Below are positions 1 through 9,386 of a stretch of 55,272 nt of DNA, piece after piece. The position numbers were made by a program, and so were the translations under genes. The DNA comes from an uncultured Lentisphaerales bacterium (GTDB taxonomy: Bacteria > Verrucomicrobiota > Lentisphaeria > JABSQK01 > UBA12247): positions 1-55,272 of the forward strand of contig CALSSJ010000038.1 of NCBI GenBank assembly GCA_943788985.1. The letters run 5' to 3'. The notes beneath the pieces are model-generated. The model had not been told where the DNA came from, made no database searches, and saw only the letters and a program-made list of their open reading frames with translations. Position 1 is the first letter of the stretch. Every line of letters starts with the position of its first letter.

Positions 1-2
1 AG

Positions 3-398
3 CGGTTCAATTTTGGTGGCCCCGTGATCGCGGCAGAGAGCGGCATCTACTTGGTGCCAAAGAGCAAGATGGCGGGGCGCAAGGGCGGCGGGTTGGCCGG
101 TGTTGCCGGGCAAGTGGCTCGGAGCATGGGGTCTCTCACCTATCCATTCCCGAAAATCACGTGCCAAGAGCTCCGCGAGATCATGCCGGATGCTCGGTCT
201 CTCTCGAAGTTAAAGGATGACCAGGAAGTGATTGCTGTCGAAAAAGGGCGCATCAGTGGGTTCCGAAAATAACTGATTCAAATCCGGATTACCACTGACC
301 TCGGGGAGATCGTGGTGGGCAGGGACATGTTTGGGGGATGGAGTGCCTGGAAGGGGCTGGTCGCCCTGGGAATCCCGCATCTAACAGCCCCCTCTTGA
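3..398 (+). CDS. Hypothetical protein, 5'-partial; first visible gene cassette
   Basis: Frame is open from the window edge to TAA 270-272. The same frame then continues with protein-like sequence (LIQIRITTDLGEIVVGRD...) to TGA 396-398, so the TAA may be an error or a nonsense mutation. An attC-like site follows. Confidence 0.4.
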
Positions 399-430
399 GG
401 CCATCCCGGTTGGCACTGTTGACACGATTG

Positions 431-479
431 GCACAACGAGTCAGATGCTCCCGACAAGCGCCAGATCTGAGCGTTGAAA
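431..479 (+). mobile_element. attC-like recombination site 1 (49 bp)
   Basis: R'' GCACAAC; arms TCAGAT[G]CT / AGATCTGA with one extra base; R' GTTGAAA, which matches the reverse complement of the next site's R'' (ATTCAAC) at 6/7. Confidence 0.6.
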
Positions 480-664
480 TGGAGATTTTGGGCAGAAAGA
501 TGATAGGCAGAAAAATAAAACGGTGGGTTCCCAGAGCATGATATTTGACGCTGTGCTCCGAATCCAGTTGGTTCGACTCTATCCCTGCGGGATGGTCTGC
601 CTTCCATTTTTCTGCCCAATTCTGTTCAGCGCACCCTGGAACGCAATGCCAACGAACCAGCAAG

Positions 665-726
665 ATTCAACCACGCACTGCACCGGGTTCGGCCCAAGGG
701 CCGACCCGGTGAGCGCGGCGTTATGA
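665..726 (+). mobile_element. attC-like recombination site 2 (62 bp)
   Basis: R'' ATTCAAC; arms CT[G]CACCGGGT[T]CGGCCC / GGGCCGACCCGGTGAG with two extra bases; R' GTTATGA overlaps the ATG of the next ORF. Confidence 0.8.
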
Positions 727-977
727 CCATGAGCAGTCACAACGGACAAATCGTCATCACATGGAAAACTCTGACTGATGTTAGCAGCGACGACTGGTCC
801 AAGCGTTGGGGAAGAATCCGTCCCGTCGTGAAGGAATTGGTACCAGAATGGTACAAGTATTTGTCGAACAGAGATTTCATGATGTTGCCAGGGACTGCCG
901 AGATTGCAGAGCAACTCCACGCTGAAGTGGCAAAGATCGACCCAGGCTTCAAAGTCATCTGGGAACAAGAATCATAA
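723..977 (+). CDS. Small hypothetical cassette protein (84 aa)
   Basis: The ORF fills the interval between attC2 and attC3 exactly: ATG inside R' (GTTATGA), TAA inside R'' (TCATAAC). These two heptamers are perfect reverse complements. Confidence 0.7.
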   Translation: MTMSSHNGQIVITWKTLTDVSSDDWSKRWGRIRPVVKELVPEWYKYLSNRDFMMLPGTAEIAEQLHAEVAKIDPGFKVIWEQES

Positions 978-1016
978 CTACGGCCTGCCCGCAAGGGGCG
1001 GAGGCCGGCGTTGTGA
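972..1016 (+). mobile_element. attC-like recombination site 3 (45 bp, very short)
   Basis: R'' TCATAAC; arms GGCCT[G]CC[C]GC / GCGGAGGCC; R' GTTGTGA. Confidence 0.65.
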
Positions 1017-1097
1017 GCCGGGGAGCAGGTCAGACGCTTGAAGTCGGGGCGTTTCAGGTCATGGTTGGTGAATGCACTGAGAACACTGGAGAATGAG

Positions 1098-1304
1098 ATG
1101 GTCGCACAACTGAGGGCAATAGTACAACAAAAGGGCGAATGGTGGATCGGGTGGGTAGAAGAACTCCCTGGCGCTAATGCTCAAGAACGGTCTAAGACCG
1201 AATTGCTGGAGAGCCTGCGTGAGGCTGCGAATGATATTTTGGAGCTCAATAGAGAGGACGCGCGAAGCATGGCGCAAGAGCAGTTCGAAGAGGTTGCCCT
1301 GTAG
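1098..1304 (+). CDS. hicB: HicB-family antitoxin, short form without a DNA-binding domain
   Basis: WWIGWVEELPGANAQERSKTELLESLREA is the HicB partial RNase H pattern; GGAG RBS upstream; abuts hicA. Confidence 0.85.
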   Translation: MVAQLRAIVQQKGEWWIGWVEELPGANAQERSKTELLESLREAANDILELNREDARSMAQEQFEEVAL

Positions 1305-1490
1305 GTGAAGCGTCGAGCGTTGATGCAGCACCTGCGCAAGCACGGATGCGAGTTGCTCCGTGAAGGGAGTCGGCACTCAATCTGGGTAAACCGCTCGAAT
1401 CGGCGCAAGAGTGCAGTGCCGCGGCACACCGAAATTCAGGATCTCATGGCACAGAAGATTTGTCGCGACTTGGACGTTCCGAAGCCCTGA
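1305..1490 (+). CDS. hicA: HicA-family mRNA interferase toxin
   Basis: 61 aa basic protein with LLREGSRHSIW and VPRHTEI motifs; GTG start directly after the hicB stop. Confidence 0.9.
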   Translation: MKRRALMQHLRKHGCELLREGSRHSIWVNRSNRRKSAVPRHTEIQDLMAQKICRDLDVPKP

Positions 1491-1497
1491 ATCGCAC

Positions 1498-1545
1498 CTA
1501 CAACCATCAGATGCTGCCCATAACGGGCAGATCTTAGTGTTATGC
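1498..1545 (+). mobile_element. attC-like recombination site 4 (48 bp)
   Basis: R'' CTACAAC 7 bp after the hicA stop; arms GAT[G]CTGCCC / GGGCAGATC; R' GTTATGC. Confidence 0.7.
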
Positions 1546-1564
1546 CGACAGAGAATCCAGTTTC

Positions 1565-2181
1565 ATGCCTGAACCCGATCCAGCGAGAATCATGACATTT
1601 GCAGCGCCGAAAGATCTCGGCCAGTGGCTCAAGGCGATATCACGCCACCGAAAGTGAGCTATGGGTGAAGATATTCAAGAAAAAGACTGGGATTCCGAGC
1701 GTGACCTGGGACGATGTCGTGATCGAGACACTGTGCTGGGGCTGGATTGACGGCGTTAAGAAGTCAATCGATGACCAAGCCTACCTCCAGCGGGTTACTC
1801 CCAGGAAAGCGCGAAGCAACTGGTCGAAAAGAAACACAGAGCATGTGGAGCGCTTGATCAGTGAGGGCCGGATGACGGAGTCACGGGCTCGTGCAGGTTC
1901 GGGCCGCCAAGGCGGACGGCCGCTGGGAGAGCGCTTATGCGGCAAGTGAAATGAAAGTGCCCGCGGATTTCCTCGCAGCACTCGAGAGCAAGCCGCAGGC
2001 GAAACAGTTCTTTGAAACGACTCACTAAGTCCAGTCGCTATGCCATCGCGCTACGGCTTGACAAGTGCGAAGAAGCCCGAGACCAGACTGAGGCGCTTCG
2101 CGAAATATCATGGACATGCTTGCCCGCGAAGAAAAACCGGGCGTCGGCCCCAACAGGGCGCAAAATTCGCAACAACCCTAG
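1565..2181 (+). CDS. YdeI/OmpD-associated family protein, several frameshifts
   Basis: Joined frames give MPEPDPARIMTF...ELWVKIFKK...LCWGWIDG...TPRKARSNWSKRN...GRWESAY...VPADFLAALE...AKKPETR, the YdeI + OmdA pattern. Confidence 0.8.
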
Positions 2182-2397
2182 GGCTCTTAATCAGGCACTC
2201 CGTCTGAGCGAGGATCATCCGCACGGCCCGGAAAATGGAAACGGTACCGATCGTCCTCATCCTCATCCACCTACACACCTCGTATCGGATCGGATTGGGT
2301 TGAGGAAAGAGGTTGACGGGCGTCGTACAAAGCTCAGGGAAAGTCTTGCTCAACACCGAATTCACGACGCGCAACTCGGACTTCCGCCCCGGACCAT

Positions 2398-2524
2398 AAA
2401 TGTCCAACAGCCAACAGCCGGAGGCAGGCGAAGCCAACGAATTTCCAATGTCCAAGGTATGGGAGTGCGTGCTCCGCTGTCTTCATTTGGCAATTGGACA
2501 TTCCCTGTTGGCTATTGGACATTT
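2398..2524. repeat. Heptamer-periodic inverted repeat element
   Basis: AAATGTCCAACAGCCAACAG ... CTGTTGGCTATTGGACATTT (19/20 inverted match), with inner TCCAATGTCCAA / TTGGCAATTGGACA arms. Confidence 0.75.
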
Positions 2525-2664
2525 GTCGAGATTGCCTTTGGCGAGCTCGCAAGCTCGGTTGCGCGCCCCAAACAGGTTTTCCGGAGCTTTGGTGGTAACT
2601 TGGAATCGTCCACCCCTTTCGTCGTCCCCTATCGTCCACGTGGTCCCCGCAGGAAACGGTCGCG

Positions 2665-3756
2665 TTATCGAACGACGCGCCCTGAGACGGAACCGCCCAT
2701 CAGCGCTTCGACCTCACCGCGGGTGGAGTAATTGAAATCCCCTTTGATCGAGTGCTTCAGGCACGAGGCTGCCACCGCATAGCGGACTGCTGTCTGTGGC
2801 TCCGATAGCTCGGGCGTCGTCAAGGCAAAGATCAGCCCGCCGGCAAAGGCATCGCCCCCGCCCACACGGTCTACGATGTTGCGAATCTGGTACGCACTGT
2901 AAGTCCCGTCTGCTGCCAACGGCGCGAAGCTCGGCTGATCCGTCGCCGCATCGTACAGCATCGCACCCCAGTTGTTGTGCGTCGCCGAAAGGCTCTCGCG
3001 CAGGGTGATCGCCACCTTGCTCAGATTTGGGAACTGCTGCACGACCTGCCGCGCCACGTCCGGATAACGGCTCGTGTCCAGAGAGCCAGCGTGGACATCG
3101 GTCTCCCCGGCACGAATCCCCAGCACGTCATGGCAGTCCTCTTCGTTGGCAATCACGACATCAATAAAGGGCAGGATGCCCCGCATGGTGGCTTGTGCCA
3201 ACTCGCGAGGACTCTTGGCGTCATCCCACTTCCACAGCTTCCCCCGAAAGTTCAGGTCAATCGATACGGTCACGCCCGCGGCCTGGGCCCGCTGCGCTGC
3301 AATGAGCGTGGCCTCAGCAGCGATCGGCGACAGCGCTGGTGTAATCCCGCTGAGGTGCAACCACTGCGCATCGGCAAAAATCGCATCCCAGTCGTAGCGA
3401 TCCGCTGGCGTCACGGAAATGGCCGAGTCCGCACGATCGTAGATCACGTTGCTCGGACGCTGATTCGCGCCGGTTTCGAGGAAGTAGAGCCCCAGTCGGC
3501 CTTCATCTGTGCGCAGGATGTGAGAAGCATCGATGCCCACCGCGCGGACAGAATCCATGGTTGCTTCTGCCAGTGCGTGCCTAGGCAGCGCCGTGACGTA
3601 CCGCGCCCGTCCCCCAAAATTGCAGATCGATGCCGCTACGCTGGCCTCGGCCCCGGCGTAGGTGACTTCCAACTCCCGGGTCTGGCGCAGGCGCAAATTC
3701 TGCGGCGCTGCCATCCGGGCCATGATCTCTCCAAAAGTAACGACAAACTTATCCAT
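2665..3756 (-). CDS. kdgK: 2-keto-3-deoxygluconate kinase (PfkB family)
   Basis: VTFGEIM, VIYDRADS, HLSGITPAL, DLNFRGKLW and DRVGGGDAFAGG motifs; start overlaps the eda stop. Confidence 0.9.
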   Translation of the reverse strand: MDKFVVTFGEIMARMAAPQNLRLRQTRELEVTYAGAEASVAASICNFGGRARYVTALPRHALAEATMDSVRAVGIDASHILRTDEGRLGLYFLETGANQRPSNVIYDRADSAISVTPADRYDWDAIFADAQWLHLSGITPALSPIAAEATLIAAQRAQAAGVTVSIDLNFRGKLWKWDDAKSPRELAQATMRGILPFIDVVIANEEDCHDVLGIRAGETDVHAGSLDTSRYPDVARQVVQQFPNLSKVAITLRESLSATHNNWGAMLYDAATDQPSFAPLAADGTYSAYQIRNIVDRVGGGDAFAGGLIFALTTPELSEPQTAVRYAVAASCLKHSIKGDFNYSTRGEVEALMGGSVSGRVVR

Positions 3757-4405
3757 GTGATCCACCGTTCGAGACTTGGTTTACTACTTCTGCAGCTCGC
3801 CCGGCGATCGCGGTCCAATCTCCGCGCTGCACGAGGTCCTGTTTGACGATCCACGACCCGCCCACGGCGGCCACGCTGGGCTCCTCTAGGTACGCGGCCA
3901 TGTTCTCAGAGTTCACGCCGCCCAGTGGAAAGTACTCGATTCCCAGATGCTTGTACGGCGCGCTCATGCTGCGCAGGTAAGAGATTCCTCCTGCGGCTGC
4001 GGCTGGGAAGAACTTTACGAAGCGACAGCCCAATTCGATGGCCTGCTCCAGGTCAGACGGTGTGCAGATGCCCGGTGCAAACGGCAGCCCGGCTTCCTGG
4101 GCGGCCCGTACAACCCGCGGATTCATTCCGGGCGAGACCCCGAAATCAGCACCGACAGCCTTCACCTCTCGCGCGGTATCCGGCGTCAGAATCGTGCCGA
4201 CGCCTACCAGCATCTCAGGGACCTCCTGACAGATCGCGGTCAGCCCGGCCATCGCGGCATCGGACCGCAAAGTCAGCTCGATCGCCGTGATGCCGCCCTC
4301 AAGTAGAGCGCGCGCAATCGGCACCGCGTGCTCCGCCTTCTCCACCGAAAAACCAGCCACCACGCCCAGCGTTCTCAGCTGCCGTAAAATTTCTTTTGGG
4401 AACAT
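3749..4405 (-). CDS. eda: KDPG/KHG aldolase
   Basis: IELTLRS, GVGTILT, VSPG, PGICTPSD, KFFPA, PLGGVN and VGGSW motifs. Confidence 0.92.
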   Translation of the reverse strand: MFPKEILRQLRTLGVVAGFSVEKAEHAVPIARALLEGGITAIELTLRSDAAMAGLTAICQEVPEMLVGVGTILTPDTAREVKAVGADFGVSPGMNPRVVRAAQEAGLPFAPGICTPSDLEQAIELGCRFVKFFPAAAAGGISYLRSMSAPYKHLGIEYFPLGGVNSENMAAYLEEPSVAAVGGSWIVKQDLVQRGDWTAIAGRAAEVVNQVSNGGSHG

Positions 4406-5131
4406 CACTGTCTCAGTCTCCAATCAATACAGACTTGCGTTTTACGATGAACTACTCTCCCGAACTGTAGCGGGAACAGTCTTTGCCCATGCCGCTTTGC
4501 TTCGGACCGCCGTGCGGCAGTTGCACAGAGTAGTCTGGCTCGTTAATCCAGCCACTGCCAGCCCGAATCTCACAACAAATCTATATGCCTTCATTCTGCC
4601 GGTAGTGTCTGCCTCCGGCAGGACGTGTGTCGCCCTCCGGACGGAGTCTTTCTTAGAGAGCTTGCGAATTGCTGCTCTGTCTCTCTTTGTCTGGGCGCAG
4701 GCAGTGCTGCGCCGTACGGTTTTGCCTTACCGATTGGTGAGGGCGAAGGCCCTAGCTTGGATGCCAGATCCTTGCCTCTATCCCTCCACTTCGATCAGTC
4801 GCTCAGTCAAATCCGGGGCATCCTTGGAGCGGTCTTTAAACAACGCCACTCCGCGCCGACTCTGTGGTCCGCCGCCAAATCGAATCAGGGCATCAATATA
4901 GATAACAAAGACTTCGGATTCATCGCCGAAGCGGTCGCCCACGATGATGCTCTTGGCCACTGGATACAATGCGTGATTGCCAGCAAGCGCTTCCTGGGCT
5001 GTGAACCGACCGTGACCATGTCCATCACAGGCCAGTGATGCAATAAGTGCAGAAAATGAGTGGTAAAGAAAAGGATCGTCACTCAGTTTAGTTTGGGTGG
5101 ATTTGCGTCAAAACCCAACAGATCCAAGAAG

Positions 5132-5779
5132 ATGAAGATCAACGAATCGCTTATAGCACTGGCTCTCTTTCTTGCCTACCAAGCAGCTCTGCTGCCGTGC
5201 GTAGCCCAACAAGATGATTTAGAGCACTTGCTGGCTGAGATCAAGGGCAAAGCTCCCAACTACGAGAAACTTGTGCAGCTGTACAAGCTGCGGAGCTATG
5301 CGCCAGGAATGAATGGCACTGAAGCTGTTAAAGAAGCTGTAGCTGCGGGTTTACTGTTCCTTGAGAAATCTGCTGTCTATCAGAAGAAGATCGCACCTTA
5401 ACTTGCGGAGCGCACGAAGTTTGAAAGCGAACTGATGGCCTCCTGTACTCTTTGTCGCGCGTAGCGGAAAGCAAACGATCGACTGTCATAAGTGCGATGG
5501 GGACGGGAGGTGTACGAATGGCCGGTGTCAGTCTGGGACAATTCGGGTTCCTCGAGTGGATGGGCCGTCGCAATCTCGCCGCTGTCCTATCTGTAAGGGG
5601 AATAGCCGCTGTCCGAACTGCAGGGGGAGTGAAAGGGTGGGGAAGCGCTGTGGAAGATGCCAAGGGCGAGGAGGAAAGCTCTCCTTAGATCGCGCGAATG
5701 GCCTATATCTAAGCAGAATCCAAGTGGCTCTTGATTCGCTCGCCGCGGAACACGCGAAACAAGCTCAAGCGGTGGCAGC
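5132..5779 (+). pseudogene. Secreted protein with DnaJ-type CxxCxGxG zinc-finger repeats; frameshifted and 3'-truncated
   Basis: Signal-like N-terminus; joined frames give CTLCR, CHKCDG, CPICKG, CPNCRG and CGRCQGRG; runs straight into an unrelated fragment. Confidence 0.5.
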
Positions 5780-6171
5780 TGCGAAAACCCGAGCATCGTG
5801 GCGGCCGCGGCAAACCGGCTTGGGCGCGGCCTCCGCGCCACTCATCTGCACCGATGCGCAACCCACGCACGGCGCCGCGCCTGTTGCTAGCCCAACTGCG
5901 CGACGCCGGAATTCGGCTGCGCTATCACGGTGACTTCGACTGGCCCGGCTTACAGATCGGCAATCGCGTGGTCCGTCGCTACGGCGCCGACTCCTGGCGC
6001 TTCGGCCATCCCGACTACCTCGTCCGCTGCCAGCGCCGACGGGCGGCCCCTTCGCGGCCGCGAGGTCGATGCAATCTGGGACGAGGCCCTGCGTGGCGCC
6101 ATGGCGCGGCTCGGCACCGCTCGTCGCACGAAGAGCAGGTGATGGATGACTTGCTCCAAGACCTCAGATAG
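5780..6171 (+). pseudogene. C-terminal fragment of a TIGR02679/DUF2399 toprim protein (Wadjet type II JetD-like)
   Basis: Joined frames give CENPSIVAAAANRLGAASAPLICTDAQP...LRYHGDFDWPGLQIGN...WRF...HEEQVMDDLLQDL; no N-terminal half and no partner genes. Confidence 0.75.
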
Positions 6172-6496
6172 CTCAGGCGACGGCTTCAAGCCACCGCTAC
6201 GCCGCATCCAGCTCTTACCACACTTTCTTGACCCCATGTCCCCACGCTGCAGTCGCAACTCAAGGCTCGATCAACAAGTCGAGCAGAGACGCCAACTGCC
6301 CCCGACCAGCAGTTGGCCATCACCAAGATCCTGGCCGTCGCCAAGCGTCTGACAATCTGGGCAGCCAAATAGGAAGCTGCGAACTCCGCACTCCCGCCAT
6401 CCAGGCACACCCCCAGGAGCAAACAGGCGTTCAGCAATTATCAGGTGTGTTCAATCTCGGCGAGAAGCGCTTCCCCACTCCACTGCCACGCGCTTA

Positions 6497-6900
6497 ATGT
6501 ATTTGCATGAGGAGATCCAGGCAACCGATTCCACTTGAACAGGATGCACAGCGAACATCAGCGCCACAAACAACGCCGTTCTATCTCGCCAACAGAGGGG
6601 CGCGCCGGGCCGAATCTGCGCCAGGACGATGCGCAGGAGCAAGAATAGAAAACAACTGCCAACAGCGTGCAGCAGGGTATTGACCACATGGTAGCCAAAA
6701 GGCCGCCTCTCCCCAGAGGGCGAAATCCACCGCGTAGCTGAGATCACGAATCGGCTGAAACGACTGCGCCCGTTCGGGTGTAAAGATGGCCATCAGGTTG
6801 GCGGTGGACAGCGACTGGATCGTCTCATTGTGCAGCACCAGTTTGTCGTCGTCCCAATTGGTGAAGGCGCCGTCCAGACTGTTGGCATAGATATATTGGT
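6497..6900 (-). pseudogene. N-terminal fragment of a TMTC-like (GT-C) membrane glycosyltransferase
   Basis: [36 protein letters not shown] and [15 protein letters not shown] motifs; breaks off after this. Confidence 0.7.
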
Positions 6901-7322
6901 CCACGCGAACCACAAGCGTCAAGATTGAGGATCTTCGGCGCTGGAGAGTGGCGTGAGGTCAATCCTTCCTGCGCTGCTCACAGACATCGTGGAAGTGCTT
7001 CGCGCCACCACCACCAAAATCCCAGATCCAAGATCGGCACATCGGTAGTTGCTGAACGCTTGTTCTCTTCCCATCTTCATTCATTGTCTCGTTCATTTCA
7101 CGCCACCGTCCAACGGCGGCCGATCGGGCTAGCATTGGCTCGCTCAATCCGGCACTGGTCAAGGACCGAAAGGTGACAGAAAGGCATGTCCCCATCCTGG
7201 CGCGAAGCGCTCCACCGCGAAGAGGGCCTGGCGACTTACGGATCGGCCGTGAGCAGGGCCTGCAATTCGCGGGTCAACAATGATGCGAGGTTGCGGATCA
7301 ACGATGGCGAGAGTCAGGTGTA

Positions 7323-7365
7323 TCAATCATTCAACATTCAACATTCAACATTCAATATTCGATGT
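7323..7365. repeat. Heptamer tandem repeat (TCAACAT)n
   Basis: TCAATCAT TCAACAT TCAACAT TCAACAT TCAATAT TCGATGT. Confidence 0.8.
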
Positions 7366-7384
7366 CCCCATCGCGAACCTCGAG

Positions 7385-7763
7385 CTACCGGAACCTAATG
7401 ACCGTCCCTGAGGTTGACATCGCCACCCCGTACGCAGGAATCGCGTTCCGGAGATGGACCCAGCCGATGCCCTCCGCCCAGGCATAGCCGTCAAACTCCC
7501 CGTTGGTCAGGTTGACGGTCATCTGCCCGTGACTCGGGTTGACATTGATCCAGCCAGCTGTCTCGCTCCAGGCGTAGCCGGAGAGATCGCCGGCAGCATC
7601 CATGTTGACGCCCCAGTTGGTCTGGTCGGTGTTCGTGTAGGGCCCGCTGCCGCTGCCGACGCCGAGCTTGATCCAGCCGACGCGTTCCGCCCAGGCGGTA
7701 GCCGTTCAGGTAGCTGTTGGCGCCGTCCAGCACGACGGTGGCGCCGCCGTTGGCATCGCCCAC
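7385..7763 (-). pseudogene. 3' part of a secreted protein with GYAWxExxGWI repeats, ending GTVIRFR
   Basis: Three GYAW(S/A)ExxGW repeats across one frameshift; 5' end is missing. Confidence 0.6.
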
Positions 7764-7903
7764 CTGGCGGATGGAGCTGTGAGCACCGTTGGCATTGCGA
7801 ATTTGGCGGTTATCGAGGCGAAACTTGCAGATGTCAGCGTCTCAACGCGTGCCTTGCAGAATGGCGCTGTAGTGAGTGCCAAGCTCGGCACGGGATCGGT
7901 TCA
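7757..7903 (+). pseudogene. Internal fragment with 10-residue (I/L)ADGAVxxxK-type repeats
   Basis: LADGAVSTVG IANLAVIEAK LADVSVSTRA LQNGAVVSAK LGTGSV; no credible start or end. Confidence 0.4.
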
Positions 7904-8056
7904 AGTGCTCTGGGGTGTACGAGTAGCAGAAATGAGGCTGGATGCCGCGGAGCTTTCATTTCACGCCTGTGATATATTCGGAATCGCTGCGTAGTCTAGG
8001 GAGACGTGGAGTGCGTCGAGGCGAAAACAAGTGCTGCACCTACCACAAGGAAGACC

Positions 8057-8919
8057 ATGAGCCCCTCACCGCAAGACAGCCTCAGCGTCGCACTGAATCC
8101 AACCTGTCAATACGCGACCTTTCGACCGCAGCGCCTGCCTTCGCCAGATATACCGCGTGGGGGCGCGATCTGTCGGGGCGACACTGCGTCGCAAAGAACT
8201 GGCTGGACAACACCTTTGTGATCAATCACGTCATCGTGATCTGGACCAGGTCCGGCTGCGGGCACGTGGTCATGAATGGCCACGCGCACCGCTGTCCGAA
8301 GGACTATCTGGCGATTTACCTGCCGGGCATGCGGCAAGACCTCAGGACCACGAACAGTGAATGGGACTATTGCTGGTGGAGCATTGACGGGCCTCTGGCT
8401 GCGGCGCTCGTCAGTGGCTTCGGGCTGCGTGCTGGCGTCCACCGTGCCGGCGCACCTCCGATCGAGCTGATTGATCAGCTGCTCGGACAGATTGTGCGTG
8501 CGGATCGCGCGGGGGAAATTGATGCCAGTACAACGGCACTGGCCCTGACGACCGCTGCGGCCAAAGCAGTACAAGCCAGCCCAGGCAAGCAAGGCGATGT
8601 GCTAGTGGCCAAAGCGCGATTGCTGGTACACGACAATTGGCAGCATGTCGGGTTCGGCATTGACTCGATTGCTGCGACCCTCGGCGTGGATCGCTCGACG
8701 TTGTCGCGGCACTTTCGTAAGGAAGCTGGCGTTACGCTCATTCAGTACTTGATCAGCATGCGCATTCAGAATGCGATTACGCTGCTGCGGCAGTCCGACT
8801 TGCCCATTGCCGAGATTGCCAGCCGCTGTGGGTACGGAGATTACGGATACTTCCGCCGGGTGTTTCGCCAACGAATGGGGCTTTCTCCCTCGGAGTTTCG
8901 GACTGTCGGTCCCGAGTGA
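8057..8919 (+). CDS. AraC-family transcriptional regulator (probable frameshift near the 5' end)
   Basis: C-terminal double HTH IAATLGVDRSTLSRHFRKE...IAEIASRCGYGDYGYFRRVFRQRMGLSPSEFR; the AAGGAAG-N3-ATG start at 8057 is out of frame with the main ORF. Confidence 0.88.
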
Positions 8920-9386
8920 GGGGGCGGTGAGTTTGAAAAATAGCTAGTCAGAGCACCGCCTTCACACCGGCATCCCGAACTTCTCCCTTGACATCGTTTG
9001 AACTGCCAAAGAGCATAGCCGCCCAGCCCGCCGCAGTCCACGCGCTGAGAGTATTCTCGGCATCACAAACGCGTGTGTAGTGTCGGACTCAAGGCACGCG
9101 CGAAATTGACGTTACATTTTGGCGGGAGCGACGAATGGGCCTCGCATTTATCCGACCAATTTGTGATTCACCACATGAATACCCCCGACTGCAATTCCAG
9201 TGCTACATTTTCCCAATTGATCGCTTCGTGTGCTTGCGAGGAGAGTCTGCCTGCAAATTGAAACCCTCGTGACGCCTGAAGGCCGATTCGGTGGAATTGA
9301 TCTGGTAAATCGCTCCAAGAATTCGGCCTATTTTCGAAGTGCTGCTCCGTTTTATTTCAGGATTCACCCAAAAAAATAGAAGACAA

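Noticed and set aside
379..430. Alternative attC start at ATCTAAC
   Set aside because: No matching arm; GCACAAC at 431 gives the correct spacing and pairing.
2182..2397. attC after the YdeI-like gene
   Set aside because: No AAC...GTT palindrome found, so cassette status of this gene is unproven.
4450..5040. Protein-coding gene upstream of eda
   Set aside because: Only short broken frames with no recognisable motif.
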